From contig JAIVFI010000036.1 of the NCBI GenBank assembly GCA_025558095.1, forward strand, positions 471,028-535,027: a stretch of 64,000 nt of DNA. Reading direction: 5' to 3'. This document shows, one piece after another, positions 54,075 through 63,847 of the stretch. This DNA is from Hyaloraphidium curvatum SAG 235-1. Taxonomy: Eukaryota; Fungi; Monoblepharomycota. Position numbers and translations under genes: made by a program. Under the pieces are notes generated by a model. The model worked only from the letters and a program-made list of their open reading frames with translations, had not been told where the DNA came from and made no database searches. Positions within the stretch are counted from its first letter, which is position 1. Each line of letters begins with the position of its first letter.

Positions 54075-54082
54075 TGACGTCA
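54075..54082. promoter_or_regulatory. CRE/ATF site TGACGTCA upstream of the secreted gene at 53824
   Basis: Exact 8-mer about 250 nt upstream of the ATG. Additional GTGACGTGACG near 53848. Confidence 0.35.
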
Positions 54083-54398
54083 TCTCACCCAAGGCACATG
54101 GCGGCCACATCGCTCGGGAAAGTCGCTGGAGGGACCCGGGGAGAGGGGGAGCTCGAGTGGTAGGACCGCTCCTTTGTACATCCTTCCCCCCGAAGGCCGT
54201 TCCATCGCGAGCTCTCATCACGTCTAATCGGGCGTACCTTATCCCTCCACCGCCAGTTATCCGAACCAATCTACATTCATTACATCAACCGGAGAGAGAA
54301 TCTGGGAGGCAAGAGCGGCAAGGCTCCCACTCTATGTTGGCAATGTCGTGCAGGCCCGATGTTCGTCCCCCGACGCTCTCCCGTCCCTTCAGCTCGCT

Positions 54399-55214
54399 TC
54401 AACAGGATAATCGGCTCCCGGCGGGCGGCCCGACGACCCTCAGCTCCCCTCCCTCCATCTCCCCCACCACCAACCCCTCGGCCGGGCACAGCCAGTAGCT
54501 TTCCACCTGGAAGTCCGCCTCTGGAACCGCCTCGTGGCGCAGCTTGGCCCTCGCCAGCGGCCGACCGCACCCGGGACACTCCTTCCCTCCCGCAGGCTGT
54601 AACAGGGGCTGCGACGCGGGAGCGCTCCCCGTCGGAGGTCCCAGCACCCTCCAGTTCCCGTCCACCGGGTGCCGCCCGATGACCAGACCCTCCCTCGGGC
54701 AGAGCCTGATCTCCGCGGGTGTCCAATCGACCTCTGGTATCGCGCCCGGCGCGAACTTGGCCATGGCGAGCGTGGAGCCGCACGATGGGCATGTGTCTTC
54801 CGGCGGAGGAGGGGCGGCGGCTGCGGGAGGGTCGACCGGTCTTTCGATGACTCGGTAGTGACCGCCGGCATGTTCGCGGCCGACGATGAGTCCCTCTGCA
54901 GGGCAGAATCGGTACTCGACCGGCTCCCAGTCCGTCGCCGGGATTGCCGAGGGGGGGAACTTGGCCATCGCGAGGGGGCCCGAGCAGGAAGGGCACCCGT
55001 CCTCCCCCGCCCCGGGCCCCGCCGAGGGATCCACGGGCTTGCCGATCACGCGGTACGGTCCGTCGAAATCGGCGCGGCCGACGATGAGCCCCTCCAAGGC
55101 GCAGAAGCGGTAGTCGACGGGCTGCCAGTCGGTGTGGGGGATCGAGGACGGGGCGAGCTTGGCCATGGCGAGGGGGCGGGAGCAGCTCGGGCAGGCGTCC
55201 TGGGCCGGCATCAT
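54399..55214 (-). CDS. Protein made of four tandem ~60 aa CxxC...CxxE repeats
   Basis: The repeat CP[SG]CxxxLAxAK..PxxD[WF]..CxxEGLxxG..G.[YWL]RV occurs four times. Intronless. Confidence 0.8.
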   Translation of the reverse strand: MMPAQDACPSCSRPLAMAKLAPSSIPHTDWQPVDYRFCALEGLIVGRADFDGPYRVIGKPVDPSAGPGAGEDGCPSCSGPLAMAKFPPSAIPATDWEPVEYRFCPAEGLIVGREHAGGHYRVIERPVDPPAAAAPPPPEDTCPSCGSTLAMAKFAPGAIPEVDWTPAEIRLCPREGLVIGRHPVDGNWRVLGPPTGSAPASQPLLQPAGGKECPGCGRPLARAKLRHEAVPEADFQVESYWLCPAEGLVVGEMEGGELRVVGPPAGSRLSC

Positions 55215-55318
55215 GGTGGCGCTGACAGGTTCCGAAGGGAATCGGGGCCGGAGATGGGCTTCGACGGTCCGGGGGAGGGTATCCCAGATTCGCGGGGGCC
55301 AGGGCCTCTGAGACAGTC

Positions 55319-56083
55319 ATGGCCGCCGAAATGGAGGCCCGCGAGGAGCTGCCGCCGGCGTTGCGGGCGCTGTCGATGCCCGAGGTGCTCCTCTGCGTGC
55401 TGCTCCGTGTCGAGTTCCCGCGGGTGCTCCCGCTGGCCGGCGTCTCGAGGCTGTGGCGCGACCTCCTGGCCGCCGATCCCAGGCTGCGGAGGCACTGCCT
55501 GCTGGCCGCCGATCGGACGGCCGGCCCTCCTGGCGACAGCGTGGAGTATCGGCTGCACCCCGCGCTGGCCGGTCTCGGCCCCAGGCTGGTCTGGCGAACG
55601 GGGGAGCACCCGCGGCACTCGTTCTTCCAGCTGCGGCGCCCCGACGGGACAAAGCGCGCTGCCTACATGCTCCCCTCCTCCGCCTCGTCCCAATTGGCCC
55701 TCTTCCCGCACCCGGGACGGCTGATGGTCTGCGCCCGGAGCCTCAGCGCCGGGAACCCCGCCCCGGGCCAGACGCCTGGTGAGGACGAATCGAACGTCTA
55801 CGGCTTCATCTACGAACCCCTCTGGTTCGAGATCGAGGTTCCCGCAGCGGGGCTGACCGTCAGCGCCCTGATGGCCGCGGTTTACGACAACGTGAGGGAG
55901 TGGCAGTGGGGCCTACACGGGGACTGCGATTGGTTTGCGGGGATGGAGGTGCGGAGCCAGGGTTTTCCAGTCCTCGTCGCCGGGAACGTCAATGGGGACC
56001 GCGAGGACGATCCGACGCCGGTGCTGGAGCTGGTCATGGGGCCGCTGCCAGAGAGCTGCCCGCCGGGCGAAGGCGGAGGGTGA
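55319..56083 (+). CDS. F-box protein
   Basis: N-terminal ALSMPEVLLCVLLRV..LAGVSRLWRDLL..DPRLRR. Confidence 0.7.
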   Translation: MAAEMEAREELPPALRALSMPEVLLCVLLRVEFPRVLPLAGVSRLWRDLLAADPRLRRHCLLAADRTAGPPGDSVEYRLHPALAGLGPRLVWRTGEHPRHSFFQLRRPDGTKRAAYMLPSSASSQLALFPHPGRLMVCARSLSAGNPAPGQTPGEDESNVYGFIYEPLWFEIEVPAAGLTVSALMAAVYDNVREWQWGLHGDCDWFAGMEVRSQGFPVLVAGNVNGDREDDPTPVLELVMGPLPESCPPGEGGG

Positions 56084-56314
56084 GTCGCCGCCGGCTCGGC
56101 GTCCATCCCGGCGAAACTGACGCGCAACCACGCCCATCAGGCCGCAAACCAAGCGTCTTAACCCCAGGGCGTACCGCAGCTACTATCGCTGAGGCAGCGT
56201 CCGTGCCACGACGCCCGGCAGGCGGCACAGCGCTGTGCCACCCGGCAACCTTGACACGTCGCGCCACGTCGCCGTCCTCTTCGCTGCCAGCGAGCGCGGC
56301 ACATAAAGCCAACG

Positions 56315-57598
56315 ATGTCGCCCGCGGACGCCGCCGTCCGCCGGAGGTCTTGCCCCAGGTGCGGCGCCATGACGAGCCGCTTCGCCGCCCAGTGGGGCTG
56401 GGCTACCGCCCCCTCGACGCCGGGCCCTCTGCAGCGGCTTGCCCGACAACTCCGCCTCTTCATCCACCGCATCACCCTGCGCTTCCTCGGCGGCCCTTCG
56501 GCCCCGATGCTGCCCCCCGAGCTTGTGCTCGCCGTCTTCGAGCTCCTCGATCGCAAAGATCAACTGGAGCTCATGCTGACCTGCGCGCGGCACTGCGCCC
56601 TCGGGCTGCGTGTGCTTCTACTCGACTCGAGGGTGCGGAGCTGGGAGGTGGACAAGCTGGCGGGGATGGGGAGGACGGTGGTCGGGCAGCCGGCGTGGGA
56701 GCTGGTCAGGAGGCTCGAGCTGGATACGGACGTGCTCCGGGGGAGGTCCGATTCGGAGGCTGTGTTTGCGGTGGTGCTCGGGAACGCGGAGGAGGCGACG
56801 CTGGTGTTTTCCCAGCCTCGCTTTGTCGGTGTCACCTGGACGCAGCTCCGTCGGCGGTGCCCGGCCCGCGTGCGGCTGGTGTTCCTCGGCGACAGCGTCG
56901 CCCACCTCCGTCGTGGGGAACTGGAATGCCCCGACTTCCGGCACCTGGAGCTGGATCTGCGATGCACGGCGTGCCCGTGCGCCCTGCTCCGCCTCCTGGA
57001 CCGCCCCGGGCCACGGATAGCCCTCCGATTGGACCTCCAAGCGGAGCACAGGATCCCCTTTGCCGATATGCCGCAGCTCGTCTCCAGGATCGCCCTGTTC
57101 GAGACCGCCATGCGGCTGTCGCTCGAGACCAAGTTCGACGCCCGCGACGAGGCCGCCTGCGGCCTCTTGTCCCTCGCGAATTTCGCACCCCGTGCGGTCG
57201 GCGTCCGGGCGGCGGGCCACGTGCCCTACGGCGCGCCGCGGTTCTGGCGTGCCGCGGCCGATCTGGACGGGGTGGGAACGCTCGCGCTCGCGGGGTTCCC
57301 GCTCTTTGCCGTCGCGCTGGATCTCGTGCCCAGGGTCGGGCTGCTGACCATTGTCGACCCCGCCCCGGACGCGTGGGAGGTGGAAGAGACGGCGGCGGCG
57401 GCGGCTGAGGAGCTGGAGAGGTGTCGCGCGGGGAAGGTGGAGGCCGTGCTCCGCGAGCGGAGGTGGGACTGGCCGGGGTGGAGGTTCGCGGAGTGGGTCG
57501 GGAACAGGGGGGTGAGGGTGAGGGAGGAGGCGACGCGGGGGAACTTGTGGGGAGGGCCGATGGACGTGGTTACTTGGGAAGAGGCACTTTGCATCTGA
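56315..57598 (+). CDS. F-box-like protein with degenerate LRR-like region
   Basis: LPPELVLAVFELLDRKDQLELMLTC and VRRLEL/FRHLEL segments. Related in style to 20124-21317. Confidence 0.65.
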   Translation: MSPADAAVRRRSCPRCGAMTSRFAAQWGWATAPSTPGPLQRLARQLRLFIHRITLRFLGGPSAPMLPPELVLAVFELLDRKDQLELMLTCARHCALGLRVLLLDSRVRSWEVDKLAGMGRTVVGQPAWELVRRLELDTDVLRGRSDSEAVFAVVLGNAEEATLVFSQPRFVGVTWTQLRRRCPARVRLVFLGDSVAHLRRGELECPDFRHLELDLRCTACPCALLRLLDRPGPRIALRLDLQAEHRIPFADMPQLVSRIALFETAMRLSLETKFDARDEAACGLLSLANFAPRAVGVRAAGHVPYGAPRFWRAAADLDGVGTLALAGFPLFAVALDLVPRVGLLTIVDPAPDAWEVEETAAAAAEELERCRAGKVEAVLRERRWDWPGWRFAEWVGNRGVRVREEATRGNLWGGPMDVVTWEEALCI

Positions 57599-57709
57599 CC
57601 GAACTGCATAGTGTATTTGACGCCCGATTGCTAGCCCAAGATCACGACTCGTCGTCCGTGGCATCCGGATCCAGCACCTTCCTGACGATCCCGGGGGCTC
57701 GGGCCACGC

Positions 57710-57960
57710 GGAGACCCCAACCCCGCCCCCCTCGATCCTTACGCTCCCTGCCGTCCGATGCGTCTCGCAGTACCTCCGTTTCTGTTCCACGGGATCCCCG
57801 AACATGGCCGCGCGGTGGCAACCGGGCGCCTCGCAAGGTCCGCGAGGGATGTACACCATCCCGAGCTCCTTGTGCGCGATGCACACCCGCGGGATCTTGC
57901 TGTGCGGCTCGTTGTACCGCGACGTGCCGACAGCCGGGGCGCCGGCACAACGGGGGCCGC
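57710..57960 (-). pseudogene. Frameshifted partial duplicate of the 3' end of the EsV-1-7 repeat gene
   Basis: PLCRRPGCRHVA, a 2 nt deletion, then YNEPHSK..CIAHK..YIPR..CHRAAMFGDP..YCETHR..RIEGG. This matches the C-terminus of 58925-59743. Confidence 0.75.
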
Positions 57961-58000
57961 CAAGTTTGCTTCGTGGTTCCCCTAGCTCGTCCGTCTGGAC

Positions 58001-58834
58001 ATGCGCAGTACAATCGCCAACATCGACGTCGCGCAATTCGTGCTCTCCCTTCCTCCCCTGGACTCGGCCGCCCTCTCACTCGCCCCTTCGCTGCTGCTGA
58101 AGACGCTGGCCTGGGCGTCGCTGGCTGGCCTGCGCAGGCTGGAGCTCACCGAGGCGAACCCCAGCCGTCTCGTGGGGCCGGGTTTCACTTCCCTGGAAGA
58201 AATAATCCTCTGGAAGTTCAACGTCCCCCGCCACCCGCCCGGGCAGCCCGCTTCGTCAGGCCTCCTCCCCCCCGAGCCGGAAGCCCCGTTCCCGCGCCTC
58301 GTGGCGCTGCAGATCCCCCTCGACGCCGACATCTGGGAACCGCGCGATCCCCCGGCGGACCCGTACCCCGGGGTCCCGCGCGCGGTGCACAACGCCGTGG
58401 AGCAGAAGTGCGCGCTCAGGTTCCTGCGCTGGCTCGGGACGCCGCCGGAGATGCCCCGGCTGCGGAAGGTCGCGGTGGTGCTCTCGTTCCGCCTGCTGGA
58501 CGGGCATCGGAGGCACAAGCACGTCGATCGGGTCAAGCGGGTGCTCGTGGACGCGGGATCCAGGCGGTCGACGCGGCTCGTCGAGGTGCTCGTCCCGGAT
58601 TGGTCCGAGTTCGCGGACGGGCTGTGCCACGAGGCGGCGACGGAAAACCCGCACGCGAGCTACGACATCGTGGGGCCGCGGCACAGGGAGGAAGTGCCGC
58701 CGCAGGGGCCTGCCGAAGTGGGAGGGGGTGGAGAGGGGGGTGAGGGCGGAGCCGCGGGGAACGGCGGGGACGGAGGAGACGGCGACGGCTGGGTTCTCGT
58801 GGACCCGGCGGCGCTTGGCGCGGAGGCGGCCTAA
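58001..58834 (+). CDS. Hypothetical LRR-like protein, possibly 5'-truncated
   Basis: 277 aa ATG ORF with LRRLEL, FTSLEEI, FPRLVALQI and MPRLRKV motifs. Confidence 0.55.
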   Translation: MRSTIANIDVAQFVLSLPPLDSAALSLAPSLLLKTLAWASLAGLRRLELTEANPSRLVGPGFTSLEEIILWKFNVPRHPPGQPASSGLLPPEPEAPFPRLVALQIPLDADIWEPRDPPADPYPGVPRAVHNAVEQKCALRFLRWLGTPPEMPRLRKVAVVLSFRLLDGHRRHKHVDRVKRVLVDAGSRRSTRLVEVLVPDWSEFADGLCHEAATENPHASYDIVGPRHREEVPPQGPAEVGGGGEGGEGGAAGNGGDGGDGDGWVLVDPAALGAEAA

Positions 58835-58924
58835 GCGGCATAGGCGTGACATCAGGAACTGATTCAATTTGTACCGAAAGTCATCCGACGAGTGTTTGAG
58901 AAGCCTGCTCCAGTCAGCGCCCAA

Positions 58925-59743
58925 TCAACCCCCGAGCCCGCCCTCGATCCGCTCGTTCCCCGGCGCCCTGTGTGTCTCGCAGTACAGCCTCTTGCCCTCG
59001 GCCGGGTCCCCGAAGATGGCGGCGCGGTGGCACTGCGGCGCCCCGCACACGTGACGCGGGATGTACAGCGTGCCTTCGACCTTGTGGTCGATGCAGAGCC
59101 GCCCGACCTTGGAGTGCGGGTAGTTGTAACGCGCCACGTGCCGACACCCGGGCCGCTCGCACAGGGGTACCATCGTTTGGGAGGCGTGCTCGGGGCAGGC
59201 GAGCACGCGGGCCCCACCCGCGGCGGAGCCCACTGTCGCCCGCGCCCGGCAGCCCGGGGTGAAGCACGGCGGGTCCGGAAGGCCGGATGCCGACTCCTTC
59301 ATCTGCTCTGCGACGCTCCTGTCCCCGCGCTTCCCCTTGACCGCGTTGTCGGGGCGGTGCCTCCCGCACCAGCGGAAGGAGTACTCGTCCGGCAGCCTGA
59401 AGGACGCCCAGTTCGGGCACGTGTTCTCCTCGCACATGGGCCTGTTGAGCCACGTCTGCGCGCCGGGGATCTTGTGCTTCTCGCACCGCGTCGCGGCGCC
59501 GCCCTTGCTGCCGAACCGCGCGAGCCCGGCGCAGCCCGGCACGAGGCACAGGTGCGCCATCCCGTCCGCGGCGTGGACATCGCACGCGTAGGTGCGGTGC
59601 CGCCCGGCCCCCGCGCGGCCGTGCGTGGCCGGTGCGCCGCAGCCCGAGCGCGAGCACGGCGGGGGACGCGGCGCGTCTTCCTCGGCCGGCGGGTCCGAGG
59701 GCGCGGCGGACGGTTCCGCCTCCGGGAGATCGTCCTCCGCCAT
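58925..59743 (-). CDS. EsV-1-7-type cysteine-rich repeat protein (six CxxxxC..A...CxxH units)
   Basis: Examples: CLVPGCAGLARFG..RCEKHK, CERPGCRHVARY..CIDHK and CGAPQCHRAAIFG..YCETHR. Confidence 0.75.
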   Translation of the reverse strand: MAEDDLPEAEPSAAPSDPPAEEDAPRPPPCSRSGCGAPATHGRAGAGRHRTYACDVHAADGMAHLCLVPGCAGLARFGSKGGAATRCEKHKIPGAQTWLNRPMCEENTCPNWASFRLPDEYSFRWCGRHRPDNAVKGKRGDRSVAEQMKESASGLPDPPCFTPGCRARATVGSAAGGARVLACPEHASQTMVPLCERPGCRHVARYNYPHSKVGRLCIDHKVEGTLYIPRHVCGAPQCHRAAIFGDPAEGKRLYCETHRAPGNERIEGGLGG

Positions 59744-59847
59744 CGAATGAGCAGGAAGGGTGGCGTTTCCGCCCGTTCGTCCTTTCACGGGGCCGCGCAT
59801 CGTGCGGCGAGCCGCGTTGTTTGTTGTTGACTTGGCGCCGAGCGGCC

Positions 59848-60879
59848 TCACTCCTCACCCGGGGATGGAAAGGGGGAAGAGGAATATACAAGCGGCCTAC
59901 CCCCTCTTTCTGCCTTTCTTCCTCCTGCGCGGTTAGGCAGTTCCCGGTGCCGAGGATGGCTGCGCCGGCTCCGGACCCGTCCGCATCGTCCGGAACCAAC
60001 GCCGCACTGCCGTGCCCTCCATTCGCTTGCCCCGTTTCCTTTCCGCCAGTGTCGCCCCCAGTGCCATCCACGGCGTCTTCCGTGAGAGTTGTGTCGCCGT
60101 CCGCAGCCCCCGTCCGATCCCCGAAACCTCCTTTCACCTCCGGGACGCCGCGATCTGTCCCGTGGCCCACCACCGCAACACGCGGTACGTTTGACGACGC
60201 AGGCGCGGGCGCCGCGTCTGCCGCCGTTCTCGCGGCACCGCGGCCACATGAGCGTCACGTACACAGGGCAGCCGTCGAGCTTGTCGTAGGCCGAGAAGGA
60301 GGATTCGGTGGTGCAGGGGCGGCCGCAACGCACGCAGGGGTACGGGCCCGCGGTCCCGCATCGCATCGGGGCGTGGAGTTCCTGGGCGGGTAGGTTGGTC
60401 ACCTCCTCGGGGACCAGCATCATGCTCTCGTACAGGGCAGTCCCGCGCCCGGGCTCGGGGGAGTGCACGAGGATGCGGAAAGTCACGGGAACCACCCGGG
60501 TCTGTGGGGGGCGCCGGCTGCGTGCGACGTCGATGTCGGCACGCCGAAAGCGCAGGGCGGCCTCGCGGCACTCGCCCGAATCGTGTCCCCAGGCGCGCAG
60601 CGAAAAGACGTGCGGCGTCCCCGCCGCCTTGGGGCTGAGGGTCCCGGAAACGGCACGGTCGGTTGCGGGGCCATCGCATCGGATGCAGTGCCGCGGTTTG
60701 GCAGCCCAGGCCGCGTCCAGGAGGGGCGTAGCAGCGGCAAGGAGTTCTTCGTCCGCGGCGGGAAACTCCCACACCGGGAACAGGGGGGCGCTCGGCTCGA
60801 CCCCGAGCAGGGCCGAATGCGTCTCCCGCCCGCTGCGGCCGTCGTAGAGGTGCATCTGCACTGAAAATGGCCGCGCCAT
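59848..60879 (-). CDS. Hypothetical protein with two CxxC-containing modules
   Basis: CIRCDGPA..ECR and CVRCGRP..RCR. Lies head-to-head with 60986. The 3' end is uncertain. Confidence 0.45.
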   Translation of the reverse strand: MARPFSVQMHLYDGRSGRETHSALLGVEPSAPLFPVWEFPAADEELLAAATPLLDAAWAAKPRHCIRCDGPATDRAVSGTLSPKAAGTPHVFSLRAWGHDSGECREAALRFRRADIDVARSRRPPQTRVVPVTFRILVHSPEPGRGTALYESMMLVPEEVTNLPAQELHAPMRCGTAGPYPCVRCGRPCTTESSFSAYDKLDGCPVYVTLMWPRCRENGGRRGARACVVKRTACCGGGPRDRSRRPGGERRFRGSDGGCGRRHNSHGRRRGWHWGRHWRKGNGASEWRARQCGVGSGRCGRVRSRRSHPRHRELPNRAGGRKAERGGRPLVYSSSPFPSPGEE

Positions 60880-60985
60880 CACGGACGCAAGCGGGCGAAG
60901 AGGAAAACGGCAAGGGACTGCCGCCTGGCTGCCCCTCCGGACCCGCGTTGCCCCGCCGGGCAGAGCGGGCCTTGCAGGCGCCAAA

Positions 60986-63278
60986 ATGCCGGGCATTTTG
61001 GTCGAGCTGCTCAGCGATTTATTGGGAGGGGGCCGAGGAGGCGGCGGGGGCGGCCAAGGCGGCCCCACCGAGTCTGCGTCGAGCGCGTCGGAGGACGATT
61101 CCGCCAGCGGCTCCGAGTCGGGCAGCGAGAGCACGGACACCGATGCCGAGGGCGCGGACTTCGCGGACCTGCGCCCGGCGCGGAGGGCGGCGGACGCGCA
61201 GCGGCAGAGGGGCGCCGCGCCGGTGCGGCCCCCGCAGCGGCCCGCCGCGCGCCCGCCGCCCCGCCTGCAGCAGCCGGCCCACTCGGAGTTTGCGACCGTC
61301 AGCCTGGGGCCGTCGCCCGCGCTGCCGCCCTCCCCGCAGGGCCGGCACCGCCCCGCCCCGCCGGAACCCCGCGGCCCGTCCGGCCATTCCCGCGCAATGG
61401 AGCTGCGGGGCGCCGACCCGCGCGGCATCTACCACGTGCCCATGGTCGTCGGGCCCTCCGTCACCCGCCACTCGTCGGGCCACTCGATCGCCGCCGGCGC
61501 CGCCTCGGAGACGGAGACCGAGAGCGGCTACCTCGCCGGCGCAGAGTCGGGCTCCGACGCCGGCCTGCCGCGACGCAACGGGACGCCCCGCTGGAGCGTC
61601 TCCTCCGCACCCTCGGTGCCCCCGTCGCCCGCTTCCTCCTCCTCGTCGGCGCGGCTGGCCGCCTTCCCCATCCCGCCGGACCTCGCCTACCAGCCCGCCG
61701 CGGGAGACACTGCGGGCGGCTCGCCGCTGGGCGACTTTGGGCTCCTCCCGCCGGCCCTCGTGCATCGCATCCTCGACGCCGTCGCGCCGCCCCCGGTGCA
61801 GTCGCCCGCCCCGTTCCTCGCCCTGATCCAGGCCTCCAAGCCGCTCCGCGCCCTGGCCTACGCCAACCTTGTCGCACGCCGCCCCCCCCTCGGCCTCGCC
61901 GCGGTGATCGTGCCCCCGCAGGGTGGCCCGACCGGCTGGACCGCCCTCGTCGCCGGCGCCGAGGTGCTCCCCGACGGCGCAGTGTCTTTCGGCCGCGCCG
62001 GCGTCGCGGTGTACCCCTTTTCGGACGGGCGCGACGGCGCGAGGGACGCCTTCACGCAGTACCGTGCGCGGTACCCGGTTCCGGATCCCGAGGACGAGGA
62101 GGGAGAGCGGGGCAGGGGGAGGAGAGAGCTGCTGCGGATCCTGGACGGCGGATGGCCGTTTGCCGCCGCACCGTGGAGGCGCGGGCCGGTCGGGGGTGTC
62201 GACGGGCTGTCGCCGGCTCGGAGCTCGCCTCGCCCCCCGCGCCCGCGCTCGGCTTCCGTGTCGCGGGAGCGGCTCGTGTTCGGCGGCATGTCGCCCGTCG
62301 CGGACCTCTCCGACTCGGACGACGACAGCGACGCGAGCACGCCGACGAGCGCGGCCTCGGACCCCTCCCTGCTGTTCCACGCGCGGCGCCCGCCCTCGGA
62401 CCTGCTCGACGCCAGCCCGCTCTCCGAGACGGCCGGCACGAGCGCGTGGAACCGCCCTCGGCCGCGCTTCCCCTCCCTCACCAGCCTCTTCGGCTCCTCG
62501 GACCGCCTCCCCGAACCCACGGAGCTCCACCTCGCCGAGCTCTTCCTCGTCCTCCCCCCGCGCGACGACCCCAAGGGCAAGGGACCCCCGCCCACCCCGC
62601 ACCGCTTCCCCGGCGCCGTCGTGCGGCTGTTCCGCGGCGTGCCGGGGGGCCACGCCGACCCCGTGCCGCTCGGCCCGCGCGCCGATCCGGGGCTGTTTTC
62701 CCGCGCGCGAGCCGCCGCACGCACTCCGCGCCTCCCTCTCGGCCGCGGGCGACGTCGTCCTGCACACCATGCCGCTCCCCTCCTCGGTCCGCATCCTCTC
62801 TGCCCACGCGCACCCCAACCTCGTCCTCCGCCCGCCGGTGCCGGGCATCCCCCCGCCCTCGCAGCTCCTCGGCAAGCACGTGGCATCGCTGCGGCGGTAC
62901 CTCTCCCGCCTGCAGGCCGCCGGGTTCCGCCTGCCGCTGATGCCCGAGGAGACGGACTGGCTGACGCGGACGCACCCGCGGCTCTGTGCGGACGCCCGGC
63001 GGGGGACGGCAAAGTGCGAGGCGTGCGATGCCGCGCGTTCGTACGTCCGCCTGCGTGCGGAGGAGGCTGAGTCGGCGCGGTTGGGGATCGCGCGGAAGGA
63101 GGGGGATGCGGAGGAGGAGCTGAGGGCGGCGGTGATGCGGATCGTGGGGGTCCTCCGGCGTGGCGGGCAGGGCGGTAAGATCGTGGGGGAGGAGGAGGAG
63201 GATGCGGAGGAGGGAGAGAGGGAGGAGAGGAGCAGGGGGCTGCTTTGGGAGGCGTGGGAGGGGTGGAACGGGAGGTAG
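60986..63278 (+). CDS. Large hypothetical protein with F-box-like segment; apparent +1 frameshift near 62697
   Basis: GDFGLLPPALVHRIL. The coding frame switches at ctgttttccc to the frame ending WEGWNGR* at 63278. It is the last gene before the telomere. Confidence 0.6.
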
Positions 63279-63847
63279 CGGGCGAGGGGGGCAGCGTTGA
63301 AATCGAGCGGATGTGCCAGCACGCTACAGCACGCTGCGATGCACTTGCCCTATCGCACACCCTGCTCACCTCATGCTGCGCTCCTCACCGGACGGATAGC
63401 TGAGAGAGCTGCGTGAAATGAAATGGATGTCGATGAAGTAAGGATGGCGAACCGGCTGCCGTTGCGCGCGCGGAAGGCCTCCCGCGCGCGCAATGGCACC
63501 GACGCCTCCGAAATACATATGTGACGATCTAACCATCCTCCTCCTCTCCTCCGATCGCGCCCCTGTGCGCGATCGTGCCCATCAGCGCCCGCTTTGGGGC
63601 CCTCGGGCGGCCCGGAGCGTGAAAGGGGCCGATGTCCCTTTCACAGCAGAGAGCAATGCATTTCCCACGACAACAGCCCGTCCCCAAAGGATGCTGGAGA
63701 TGTGTCCATCGCGGCGCACCATCTGCTGCCCTTCTTTCTGGCCCCCTTGACCAATGCAACACACAACCGCCAAGCAGCAGCTCTCACCCCCTCCTCCTAG
63801 TACCTTGTTGGGTGTAGAAACGGCGTTTCTACGAGTCGCCACAAGTC

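Noticed and set aside
62690-62705. Programmed ribosomal frameshift at CTGTTTTCCC
   Set aside because: No canonical slippery heptamer or supporting structure was identified. An indel or sequencing error is simpler.
63279-63847. Small ORFs or a telomere-linked helicase/retroelement next to the telomere
   Set aside because: Only short motif-less ORFs are present, with no RecQ, RT or endonuclease signature.
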